NCBI GenBank assembly: GCA_019239775.1
Contig: JAFAZN010000199.1
Span: 26,690-90,689, forward strand
Reading direction: 5' to 3'
DNA length: 64,000 nucleotides
Origin: Chloroflexota bacterium
GTDB lineage: Bacteria > Chloroflexota > UBA6077 > CF-72
Part shown: positions 7,647 through 15,531 of the stretch, piece by piece
Layout: every line of letters starts with the position of its first letter
Numbering within the stretch: the first letter of the stretch is position 1
The notes under the pieces: generated by a model
Seen by the model: the letters and a program-made list of their open reading frames with translations, nothing else
Databases searched by the model: none
What the model was told of the DNA's origin: nothing
Program-made: the position numbers and the translations under genes

Positions 7647-9997
7647 ACGCGGCATCTATTTCGGCCGAGCTTCCAGTCGAGCGCAGCCGATTCATCGGCC
7701 GGCGCTCGCATGTCAGGCAAGTGACGCGGCTTCTCGCGTTCGCACAACTCGTGACGCTGGTCGGGCCGGGTGGAAGTGGTAAGACGCGCCTGGCGCTACG
7801 TGTGGGAAGGCAGCGCTGGAGGGTAGCGCCAGACGCCGTGGTTTATGTCGATCTTGCCACCGCGGCAACGACTGACGTTCGCATGCCTGATGGTCCCGCG
7901 CTGCTGGTGCTGGACACGTGCGACGTCGACATCCAGGCCAGTGCGCAATTGATAATTGAACTCTTCGCCAAGTATCAGGGGCTCCAGGTTCTCGCGACCG
8001 CTCGTGAGCCGTTGGGGTTGCCGACGGAGGTTGTCTGGCGCGTACCGTTGATGGCAGTACCAGACCACCACACGCTCGGAACCAATCAACTGCTGGGACC
8101 AGAGGCCTGCCAATTATTCCTCGACCGAGAGACTGGCGCGTTCGCGGAGCGCCCAAGCAGCACCGAACGCGCTGAGGCGATCTCCAGTCTTTGCCGCAAT
8201 CTTGACGGACTGCCACTGGCCGTTGAGATTGCGGCGATGCGCGTTGCGGAGTTGGGACTGGACGTTCTGGTCGCGCGCAGCACCACCAATCTGCTGCTGG
8301 ACCTGCCGGGTAGACGAGACGCTCCGCCGCGACAGGCGTCTCTACGCGACACGCTGGAATGGAGTTATGCGCGCCTCCGTCCGCGTGAGCAGCACGTCCT
8401 GCGGCGAGTATCCGTCTACTGTGGCGACTGGACGCAAGAGATGGCCTGTGCGGTTTGTCCGGAGCTGCCGCCTTTAGAAGTTACCGACGCGCTTACGCAG
8501 TTGCTCCATCGATCCCTGGTGCATACCACCCGCGCAAAGTCCCCGCGGCGATACAACCTCCTCCAGGTTACGCGGCTCTATGGCCGTGAGCTGTTGCGCG
8601 TGCACGGCGAGCTGGAGCGTGCGCAGCAGCACATGCTGGAGTGGTGTATTGCCCTCGCGGAGTCGGACACTCCGGAAGCCCTTAATGGCGCACACGCTCA
8701 TCGCCTCGAACGGGAGCATGGTAATGTGCGCGTAGCCCTGGAATGGGCACTTGCCTCAGGCCAGGCCGAGCTGGGACTGCGCCTGGCCACGGCAGCGTTT
8801 CCGCTGTGGTATCTGCGCGGGCTGCCCGCGGAAGGTGAGCGGTGGTTCGAGCGCCTGCTGGCACAACCGCTGGAGTCTGTCCCACCGCCAACAGTTGGGC
8901 GCGCGCGCGCCTGGCACATGCAGCTGAAAATGCAACGTGGCGACTATGTGGCCGTCGCCGATCAGCTCGAGCGCGTGCTTGTGGAACAACGGTCTTGTGG
9001 GAGCACGGCCGAGACCGGTGTGATGTTGACGCTGGTCGGTAATGCCATGCTCTGGGCAGGGCAGCTAAAAACGGCGGGCAGCTTCTATGAGGAATCCGAG
9101 CAGCTGCTAGCGGCATTGAGTGCGCCAGGCGTGGCGCCCGCAAGATATCAGGCGGCGCGCGTCGCCTGGGAGAGCGGCGACGTGGAGCGCGCGGAGACAT
9201 TGGTGCAGGGTCTCATCGGCATGGTCCGCTCGCGCGAGCCCGTGATGCTCGCGCGTGCACATCAGCTCCAGGCATTGATGGCCGGCGAAGCTGGCGATGC
9301 ACCCGCCGCCCAACACTACCTGGATCTGGCTGAACGCGCGCTGCGGCGCATCGACGACGTGTTCGGGTTTGTTGACCTACTCACGGATCGGGCGAGAGTC
9401 CTCCTGCAGATCGGCCAAGCACGTGCCGCGCACCAGGCGTATATCAACGCGGCAGCGTTGGCTCGCAGTATTGGTGCGCGAGTCCGGCTGGTACGGGCTA
9501 TTGAAGGCGTGGCTTGCGCCGTGGTGGAGCAGCAGCCCTGCCTGAGCGTGCAGCTTGCCGCGGCGGCCGCGGCTAGCCGGATGACCATGCGCGCAATTGC
9601 GTGGCCACGCGATGCCGCGCGACTGGAGATCGCGCTCGACACAGCTCGCGGCTTCTCCGCCAGATGGCCGGATGGCGCCGCAATCGGCCTGGCCTTTGCC
9701 ACCTACACGCAAGTGTGGCAACTTGGATCGTTGTTGTCAGAATCTGAGGCGGCTGATATGGCAATCGCCACCATTGGTAGCAGGCCGCCTACTTCGATTG
9801 GCGATGTTCCAGCCATGTTGACAAGTCGCGAGTGGGAGGTGGCACAACTGTTCGCGAACGGGGCATCAACTCGCGATATCGCGGAGCGGTTGACGCTTAG
9901 CCGAGAAACCGTGCGCACGCATCTCGATCGCGCCACCGCCAAGCTCGGACTCCATTCGCGGGTGCAGCTGGCTATGTGGGTCGCGCAGTCCGTCTAA
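7643..9997 (+). CDS. STAND-type P-loop NTPase / helical-repeat / LuxR-HTH regulator, paralog 2
   Basis: GPGGSGKT, LLVLDTCD, VLATAREPLG, C-terminal LTSREWEVAQLFANGASTRDIAERLTLSRETVRTHLDRATAKLG. The GTG start overlaps the upstream TGA (GTGTGA). Confidence 0.85.
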   Translation: MNAASISAELPVERSRFIGRRSHVRQVTRLLAFAQLVTLVGPGGSGKTRLALRVGRQRWRVAPDAVVYVDLATAATTDVRMPDGPALLVLDTCDVDIQASAQLIIELFAKYQGLQVLATAREPLGLPTEVVWRVPLMAVPDHHTLGTNQLLGPEACQLFLDRETGAFAERPSSTERAEAISSLCRNLDGLPLAVEIAAMRVAELGLDVLVARSTTNLLLDLPGRRDAPPRQASLRDTLEWSYARLRPREQHVLRRVSVYCGDWTQEMACAVCPELPPLEVTDALTQLLHRSLVHTTRAKSPRRYNLLQVTRLYGRELLRVHGELERAQQHMLEWCIALAESDTPEALNGAHAHRLEREHGNVRVALEWALASGQAELGLRLATAAFPLWYLRGLPAEGERWFERLLAQPLESVPPPTVGRARAWHMQLKMQRGDYVAVADQLERVLVEQRSCGSTAETGVMLTLVGNAMLWAGQLKTAGSFYEESEQLLAALSAPGVAPARYQAARVAWESGDVERAETLVQGLIGMVRSREPVMLARAHQLQALMAGEAGDAPAAQHYLDLAERALRRIDDVFGFVDLLTDRARVLLQIGQARAAHQAYINAAALARSIGARVRLVRAIEGVACAVVEQQPCLSVQLAAAAAASRMTMRAIAWPRDAARLEIALDTARGFSARWPDGAAIGLAFATYTQVWQLGSLLSESEAADMAIATIGSRPPTSIGDVPAMLTSREWEVAQLFANGASTRDIAERLTLSRETVRTHLDRATAKLGLHSRVQLAMWVAQSV

Positions 9998-10229
9998 CCG
10001 CGGTAGCCCTGGTAGGCATCGCATACAGCTCGCGCCGAATGAAGAGCTTGCGCATGCGGTAGACATACAGCAGGTGATCCAGCGAGGCCTGATGCGCAAG
10101 CATGTCATGCGCGGAACATCGCGTGGGTGGCAAGCCAAACATGCCGCCGAGACATTCGCAGTGTTCGGCGACCGCCTCTCGTAAACGCGCGAGCTCGTGC
10201 CGAGTTCCATGCCATATCGCGATGGCCAT
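9972..10229 (-). CDS. Small Cys/His-containing hypothetical protein (paralog of 10511..10732)
   Basis: 85 aa. Shares IWHGTR, CxC, CSAHxM and Q..LD.L..V..M.K with the 73-aa ORF on the other strand. That paralogy is the main support for coding. Confidence 0.5.
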   Translation of the reverse strand: MAIAIWHGTRHELARLREAVAEHCECLGGMFGLPPTRCSAHDMLAHQASLDHLLYVYRMRKLFIRRELYAMPTRATAVRRTARPT

Positions 10230-10510
10230 CAGCGTGGGCTCCGCCGGTTCGGGTACTGTTCGGTTGAGCGACTGTCGCCGCGAGGCGCTGTTGAGCTGAG
10301 CGGCGCAAAATAGTGATAGGCGCTAGTCATGCCCACCAGTCTGACCCGGCCCGGACACCTGTCTGTCCGCTGAGCGCGCGCTCGCGGTCCATCCTCGGGA
10401 ATCTTCCAGTTGGGAGACAGTCCTGTATGCGGCTTTCCATTCGGGCAGAGATCAGGTAGTCACCGGGGCATGCCAGGAAGCGTTCAGTCCGTCGCTTTTA
10501 TGTTGATGTC

Positions 10511-10732
10511 GTGAGATCACAGCCGGTCTGGCACGGGACCCGAGAGGAAGCAGTACAGCTGACGAAGGCGATCGCGGCCAACTGCTGTTGCGAGTTCGAC
10601 CCGACTACCGGCGCGCGGGCGATCACTTGTTCGGCGCACTCGATGATCGAGGACCAGCGGCTGCTTGATGGCTTGGCCTTCGTGCGGTACATGGCCAAGC
10701 GCCTCGTCGAGCAAGAGTTCGGACCTGAGTGA
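10511..10732 (+). CDS. Small Cys/His-containing hypothetical protein (paralog of 9972..10229)
   Basis: 73 aa with a GTG start: VWHGTREEAVQLTKAIAANCCCEFDPTTGARAITCSAHSMIEDQRLLDGLAFVRYMAKRLVEQEF. Confidence 0.55.
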   Translation: MRSQPVWHGTREEAVQLTKAIAANCCCEFDPTTGARAITCSAHSMIEDQRLLDGLAFVRYMAKRLVEQEFGPE

Positions 10733-10823
10733 TCCATTATCTGCCACGCCCGCAGGTTGCGGCGTACGTACCTGCCGAGCGGCAGGTTGCGTGGGCCGCG
10801 GCGGACACCTAGCGTACGTCGCT

Positions 10824-11207
10824 ATGCAACATGGCGACGCGCAGCCGACCGTACTTGTCGTCGATCATGACGTATGGGAGCGCAAGTACACCTCGGACAC
10901 ACTCGAAAACGAGGGATACGCCGTGATGGCCGCCTCCAATGGCGCCAGCGCGCTACGCCTGGCGGAACAATTCACGTGTGACGCCATTCTGCTGGACATC
11001 GCTTTGCCTGAAATGAATGGCCTCGAGCTGATGCGAGTCCTGAAAGACATGGATCGCACGAGCGCCATCCCGGTGATTGTGCTTGGCCAGTCCACCGCCG
11101 AATCAGTGGCGGTCGCTGGCTGCGTCCCGAAACCGCTCGACGGTGTGCGGATGATCTCAGAAGTCGCTCGCTGTCTGCAGGCAGTGCCGCCGACTCCGCG
11201 CCACTGA
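10824..11207 (+). CDS. Stand-alone receiver (CheY-like) response regulator
   Basis: Start placed at ATG 10824 (MQHGDAQPTVLVVDHD). Contains ILLDIALPEMNG and CVPKP. No output domain. Confidence 0.8.
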   Translation: MQHGDAQPTVLVVDHDVWERKYTSDTLENEGYAVMAASNGASALRLAEQFTCDAILLDIALPEMNGLELMRVLKDMDRTSAIPVIVLGQSTAESVAVAGCVPKPLDGVRMISEVARCLQAVPPTPRH

Positions 11208-11224
11208 CCGGCCCGTCAGGCCGG
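11208..11224 (+). terminator. Short GC hairpin (CCGGCC-N5-GGCCGG) immediately after the receiver gene stop
   Basis: Read directly. 6-bp stem with no U-tract. Confidence 0.25.
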
Positions 11225-11289
11225 ATCCAGGCGCGCCCCCGCCGAACAACAACTGAAATCCGGGTGGTTGTTCGTAGGGTGGGGACGCA

Positions 11290-12027
11290 ATGTACGCAAC
11301 CGCTCCAGAGGATCACGACAGCCTGGTGATCGTTCCAACTTACAACGAAGTTCAGAATCTGGAGTGCCTGGTGCAGGCTGTCCTGGACCAGGACACGACA
11401 ACTCCGTTCACCCTTCTGATTATCGACGACAACTCTCCGGACGGGACCGGCGAGCTGGCGGACCTCCTGGCCGCGGAACGCCCCGAACGGTTGGCAGTAC
11501 TCCACCGCGCACGCAAGCTTGGGCTCGGCACGGCGTATATCGCCGGCTTTCGCTATGCGCTTCAGCATGGATACACACACGTCTTCGAAATGGATGCCGA
11601 CTTCTCACACGACCCGTCCACGCTACCGCTGTTGCGGTCGGCGCTCGAAGACGCGGACCTGGTTGTGGGTTCGCGCTACGTCCGCGGCGGCAGCGCGCGT
11701 GGCTGGTCAATTCCGCGGCGAGCATTGAGCCAGCTCGGCTCGTTCTATGCGGGCTCAATCCTGGGCGTACCGGTTCGCGACCTGACGGGCGGCTTCAAGG
11801 GGTATCGCGCAAATGTGCTGGCGAATATCAACCTGGGAGCGATCAAGTCGAGCGGGTACGCGTTTCAGATCGAAATGACCTACTACGCATTCGCGCATGG
11901 ATTTCGTATCATGGAGCTGCCAATTTGTTTCGGCCCAAGAGCGGCTGGAAACTCCAAAATGGGGTTCAGCATCGTTCTCGAGGCGCTGCTCGCCGTCTGG
12001 CGTTTGCGCCTCACTGCGCACCCGTAG
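11290..12027 (+). CDS. GT2 polyprenol-phosphate sugar synthase (dolichol-P-mannose synthase / Ppm1-like)
   Basis: 245 aa: LVIVPTYNEVQNL, LLIIDDNSPDGTGELA, GLGTAYIAGF, EMDADFSHDP, VVGSRY. These match the soluble DPM1/Ppm1 catalytic-domain pattern. Confidence 0.8.
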   Translation: MYATAPEDHDSLVIVPTYNEVQNLECLVQAVLDQDTTTPFTLLIIDDNSPDGTGELADLLAAERPERLAVLHRARKLGLGTAYIAGFRYALQHGYTHVFEMDADFSHDPSTLPLLRSALEDADLVVGSRYVRGGSARGWSIPRRALSQLGSFYAGSILGVPVRDLTGGFKGYRANVLANINLGAIKSSGYAFQIEMTYYAFAHGFRIMELPICFGPRAAGNSKMGFSIVLEALLAVWRLRLTAHP

Positions 12028-12505
12028 CCACGAAGCTGGCGCTCGCGGCAACAGGCGGATTCACCGAAATATCGTTGCTTCCGACGAGCAGCACGTAGAG
12101 CGTATGCGACCCGTGCGGGACATGCTCGAAGCTAACGCTCGTCGTGATCGCATGGACGATCTTCGAGTTGCATCTCGGGATCGGTGCCCCGGTTCCAACG
12201 TAGGCGGAATCGTCCGTATCCAGAAAAAACACGAGGTGGTAGTCGTCCACGTTGTGTGCCGCTCCGGCCGCGACAAGACGTGGACCCCAATAGTCGACAG
12301 TCACGCTGAGCGACTCCGCCGGCATGGCTTCACTTACCATTTCGCCAGCACGTGGGCTGACGATTGCCAATAAGACCCCTGCCGGTTTGAGGGCAGCCGT
12401 GCTAGCGGCAATAGGTGACCCGGTGTCGGTGCATGGCGCTGCCGGAGTCTGTCCGACCAGTATGACACCCGCGAGTAGCAGAAGCGCGCTGAGCGCTCCG
12501 ATCAT
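12011..12505 (-). CDS. Membrane-anchored/secreted beta-sandwich protein, DUF4399-like
   Basis: Start placed at MIGALSALLLLAG (ATG 12505), which forms an ATGA overlap with the upstream stop. Contains IVSPRAGEMV, DDYHLVFFLDTD and HGSHTLYVLL, resembling what I recall of DUF4399. Confidence 0.5.
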   Translation of the reverse strand: MIGALSALLLLAGVILVGQTPAAPCTDTGSPIAASTAALKPAGVLLAIVSPRAGEMVSEAMPAESLSVTVDYWGPRLVAAGAAHNVDDYHLVFFLDTDDSAYVGTGAPIPRCNSKIVHAITTSVSFEHVPHGSHTLYVLLVGSNDISVNPPVAASASFVATGAQ

Positions 12506-13032
12506 CCATCCTCCGAAACAGTCGGCAAGTCGTCGTATGTGGACAGGACGTCGACGTCGTCCAATGCGCCGGCCCCGCCACACACTCGGCAGCGGAAGCG
12601 AAGCCCCGGCCAGAATGGCACGATCCGATCGACGGGATCCAGAGGACGATACGCCAGAAATGCCGTGGGACTGCCTGCCGTACGATCGCCATTCTCACGT
12701 GCCCGCGTCGTGCCAAGCAGTCGTCCTAGTAAACGCCCACACATCAAACACCGCACATCACCACGCACCCAGTCGCGACGTTTCCGACTGCCTATCTTCG
12801 TCGAGGATGAGAATGTATCGCCAAAAGCGTCGACCACGACCATGAAGCTGTTGCCCAATCCCTCTATCAAAAGTTGGATCAGGCGACCGCGATTGGCATC
12901 GGTGCGCATTCCGTGCCGTAGGCCCCAGGGGGAGGAGGTGCAGGCGCCTGATCCGCGACCAAAGTACGTGGCGCACACCGTCCCGCTCTCGACCGTTGGT
13001 CGTTCAGCCCTGTACCGGACCTGAACGGTCAT
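12502..13032 (-). CDS. Hypothetical protein with two CxxC pairs (zinc-ribbon-like)
   Basis: 176 aa with CLMCGR and CRVCGG about 56 aa apart. Translationally coupled (ATGA) to the downstream gene. The antisense ORF 12539..13024 is R/S/P-rich junk. Confidence 0.4.
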   Translation of the reverse strand: MTVQVRYRAERPTVESGTVCATYFGRGSGACTSSPWGLRHGMRTDANRGRLIQLLIEGLGNSFMVVVDAFGDTFSSSTKIGSRKRRDWVRGDVRCLMCGRLLGRLLGTTRARENGDRTAGSPTAFLAYRPLDPVDRIVPFWPGLRFRCRVCGGAGALDDVDVLSTYDDLPTVSEDG

Positions 13033-13099
13033 GAGCCGGGAAAATCGACGACAGCCTCTCGTTCAGGTCGCGTTCAGGCGGTCGCGCCGGGCGGTCAGG
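13020..13099. promoter_or_regulatory. GTTCAGG motif cluster: inverted copy at 13020-13026, direct copies at 13061-13067 and 13072-13078, near-copy GGTCAGG at 13093-13099
   Basis: Read directly in the divergent spacer between 12502..13032 and the kinase at 13144. Direct copies are spaced 11 and 21 nt apart, roughly helical phasing. Confidence 0.3.
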
Positions 13100-13143
13100 T
13101 TACGTCCTACGCGCGGGCAGTCTTCTGAGCCGGGTTATTCACG

Positions 13144-14430
13144 TTGACTACCGGGGAGGTGCCCGCCGTGCGTGGACCGGCGGTATTTCTGTGCAACGCC
13201 AGCAAACGGCTGGCTCATTCGCTCGAGCTCGAGGACACACTCCGAAGCATGGCTGATCTCTGCGTCCCCGAATTCGGGCAGGCCTGTGTCCTGTACTTCT
13301 TCAAAAACGACCTGACTGACGGGCAGGTCGGCATGACAAAACACGTGGATCCAGAACGAGAAGAATTGCTCACCGCTCTCGCGCAGCGCGCGTTTGCCGA
13401 CAGAGATCGATGTCAGATCCTGCGCCAGGTGGCGTGCACTCGGCACCCACTAGTGCTGTCCCAGCTCGAAACCGCGCAGCTCATCGGCGATGGCCGCGCG
13501 GCCCATGTTTTACAAAACGACCTGCAGCTGAAAACCTCGATCATTGTGCCAGTCGCCGAGCGTGCGCATGTACTGGGAGTCACGATCTGCTTCGCGGATT
13601 CGGCACACTGGTACACGCATCGGCAGGTCCGAATTGTGCGGGAACTCAGCGATCGTTTCGCGCTTGCCGTCACAGCCGCGCAGATGTACCGGGCGTGCCA
13701 AGTAGCACTTGATGCGACGCAGGAAATGGTCGCGACGACGATTCACGACCTTATGTCGCCGCTGACGTACATTAAGGGCTCGGCGCAACGGCTGCGCCGG
13801 CTGGATTGGAGCAAAGCCGACGCCAGCATCGGCACCGAGATGGAGCAGCGCCTCAGCGCGATCGACGCCGCCGTCACGCGTATGGCTTCGGCTATGTCGA
13901 CTCTCGTGGCGAGCACCAACCCCAACCCAACAAGCCTGGACAAGCGCCCACTCGCTGAGCCGGCCGATCTTGTGAGAATTGCTGGCGAAGTCGTCGGGCT
14001 AGAGCAGCTTATCGCGCCGGACCATGCTCTTCACCTTACGGTGGACACACCCGCACCGATGTGCGGCATGTGGGATACCAGCCAGATCCATCGCATGCTT
14101 GCGAACGTCGTCAACAACGCCGTGAAATATAGTCCGGCCGGATCCTCGGTCGAGATCCACCTCAGCGCAGAGTCGAGCCAGGACCGTCATTGGGCGGTGT
14201 TACGGGTGAAGGACCATGGCATCGGCATCCCGACCAGCGACCTTCCATTTATCTTCGAGCCATTCCGACGCGGTGGCAACGTTGGTCTGGTCGCAGGAAC
14301 AGGTCTGGGATTGGCAAGTGTCTGGCAGACTGTCACAACACATGGTGGACGGCTGTGCGCCGAAAGCCAAGTGGGCGAGGGCACCGTCGTTACGATCCAA
14401 CTGCCACTCGCCACGTCCATAGCAGATTGA
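13144..14430 (+). CDS. GAF-domain sensor histidine kinase (orphan)
   Basis: TTG start. H-box ATTIHDLMSPLTYIKGSAQRL, N-box NVVNNAVKYS, VKDHGIGIP, GTGLGLAS. Confidence 0.85.
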   Translation: MTTGEVPAVRGPAVFLCNASKRLAHSLELEDTLRSMADLCVPEFGQACVLYFFKNDLTDGQVGMTKHVDPEREELLTALAQRAFADRDRCQILRQVACTRHPLVLSQLETAQLIGDGRAAHVLQNDLQLKTSIIVPVAERAHVLGVTICFADSAHWYTHRQVRIVRELSDRFALAVTAAQMYRACQVALDATQEMVATTIHDLMSPLTYIKGSAQRLRRLDWSKADASIGTEMEQRLSAIDAAVTRMASAMSTLVASTNPNPTSLDKRPLAEPADLVRIAGEVVGLEQLIAPDHALHLTVDTPAPMCGMWDTSQIHRMLANVVNNAVKYSPAGSSVEIHLSAESSQDRHWAVLRVKDHGIGIPTSDLPFIFEPFRRGGNVGLVAGTGLGLASVWQTVTTHGGRLCAESQVGEGTVVTIQLPLATSIAD

Positions 14431-14773
14431 TCGCGAAGTTGCACGCCGCTGCCAGTGAAATTCCGGCAAGGTTCGCCACCAGGTAGTTGATGTCGGCGGC
14501 CTGCACCAACAGCCAGGCAGTCGCGGTCGTTACCACCAGTCCACCGAGAGACACGATATTGAATTTTATGAAGCGCGAGACGGAGCGGCTGGTTCGCTGG
14601 AAAGTCCAGCGATCGTTCCAGATGAAATTGCTGGCGATCGCCAACTCGACTGCCATGGCCGAGGCCCAGAGGAGCGGCAGGCCGAGAAGCTGGTACAGCA
14701 CGAACAGCGTTGCGCTGTTTACCAGCACCCCCGATCCGCCGACCAGGAGAAAGCGGACAAACGTCAGCGTCAC
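14390..14773 (-). CDS. GtrA-family membrane protein
   Basis: 127 aa, four TM helices. FVRFLLVGGSGVLVNSATLFVLY and SNFIWNDRWTF are the GtrA hallmark. Confidence 0.85.
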   Translation of the reverse strand: MTLTFVRFLLVGGSGVLVNSATLFVLYQLLGLPLLWASAMAVELAIASNFIWNDRWTFQRTSRSVSRFIKFNIVSLGGLVVTTATAWLLVQAADINYLVANLAGISLAAACNFAINLLWTWRVAVGS

Positions 14774-14834
14774 ATAGCTACGCTACATGGCACAACCGGT
14801 TGAGAACCGAACGCGACGGCAGAGAAGCCGAACG

Positions 14835-15527
14835 CTACGTGGACGCGCTGGGCATGCGGTAGCCGACGCCGGGCTCCGTCAGGACGTATTGGGGCTCAGC
14901 GGGGTCCGGCTCGATACGCCGGCGGATGCGGCGCACGTACGTCCAGACGTAGTCAACCTCGTCGGCGTACTGGCCACCCCAGACCACTTGCAGAATCTGC
15001 CGGTGGGTGAGTACCTTGCCCGCGTTTCGCGCCAGGTACGCCAGCACATCATACTGTTTAGGAGTCAGCGAAACGTCGCGGCCGGCCACGCGCACACGGC
15101 GTGCCGAAAAGTCCAACTCCAGCTCTGCGCACCGGTACGTTGGCAGCGAGCTTTCCAGTACAGATCCGTTGCGACGGAGTGTGGCACGCACACGAGCCAG
15201 CAGCTCGTCGACGCCAAACGGCTTGGTCAAATAGTCATCCGCACCAAGGTCCAGCGCGCGCACCTTATCCTGTTCGCGCGCTCGTCCCGACAACATGATG
15301 ACCGGAATCTGCGATTCTTGGCGCAGCGCTTGCAGGACCTGTGTGCCGTCTGGTCCGGGCATACCGATGTCCAGTAGGACCAGATCCAGCGGGTGTTCCG
15401 AGGCGAGCTTGAGAGCCTCCAGGCCGTCTGCCGCCAGTACGACGTCATAGCCCCGTACCTTCAGGTTGCTGGCCACGTACTTGCGCATCGGCGCTTCGTC
15501 GTCTGCAACAAGAATAGTCGTCCGCAT
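14835..15527 (-). CDS. OmpR/KdpE-like response regulator
   Basis: ILVADDEAPMRKY, LVLLDIGMPGPDG, LGADDYLTKPF, LTPKQYDVLAYLARNAGKVLTHRQIL. Lies 4 nt downstream of its kinase. Confidence 0.9.
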   Translation of the reverse strand: MRTTILVADDEAPMRKYVASNLKVRGYDVVLAADGLEALKLASEHPLDLVLLDIGMPGPDGTQVLQALRQESQIPVIMLSGRAREQDKVRALDLGADDYLTKPFGVDELLARVRATLRRNGSVLESSLPTYRCAELELDFSARRVRVAGRDVSLTPKQYDVLAYLARNAGKVLTHRQILQVVWGGQYADEVDYVWTYVRRIRRRIEPDPAEPQYVLTEPGVGYRMPSAST

Positions 15528-15531
15528 TCAT

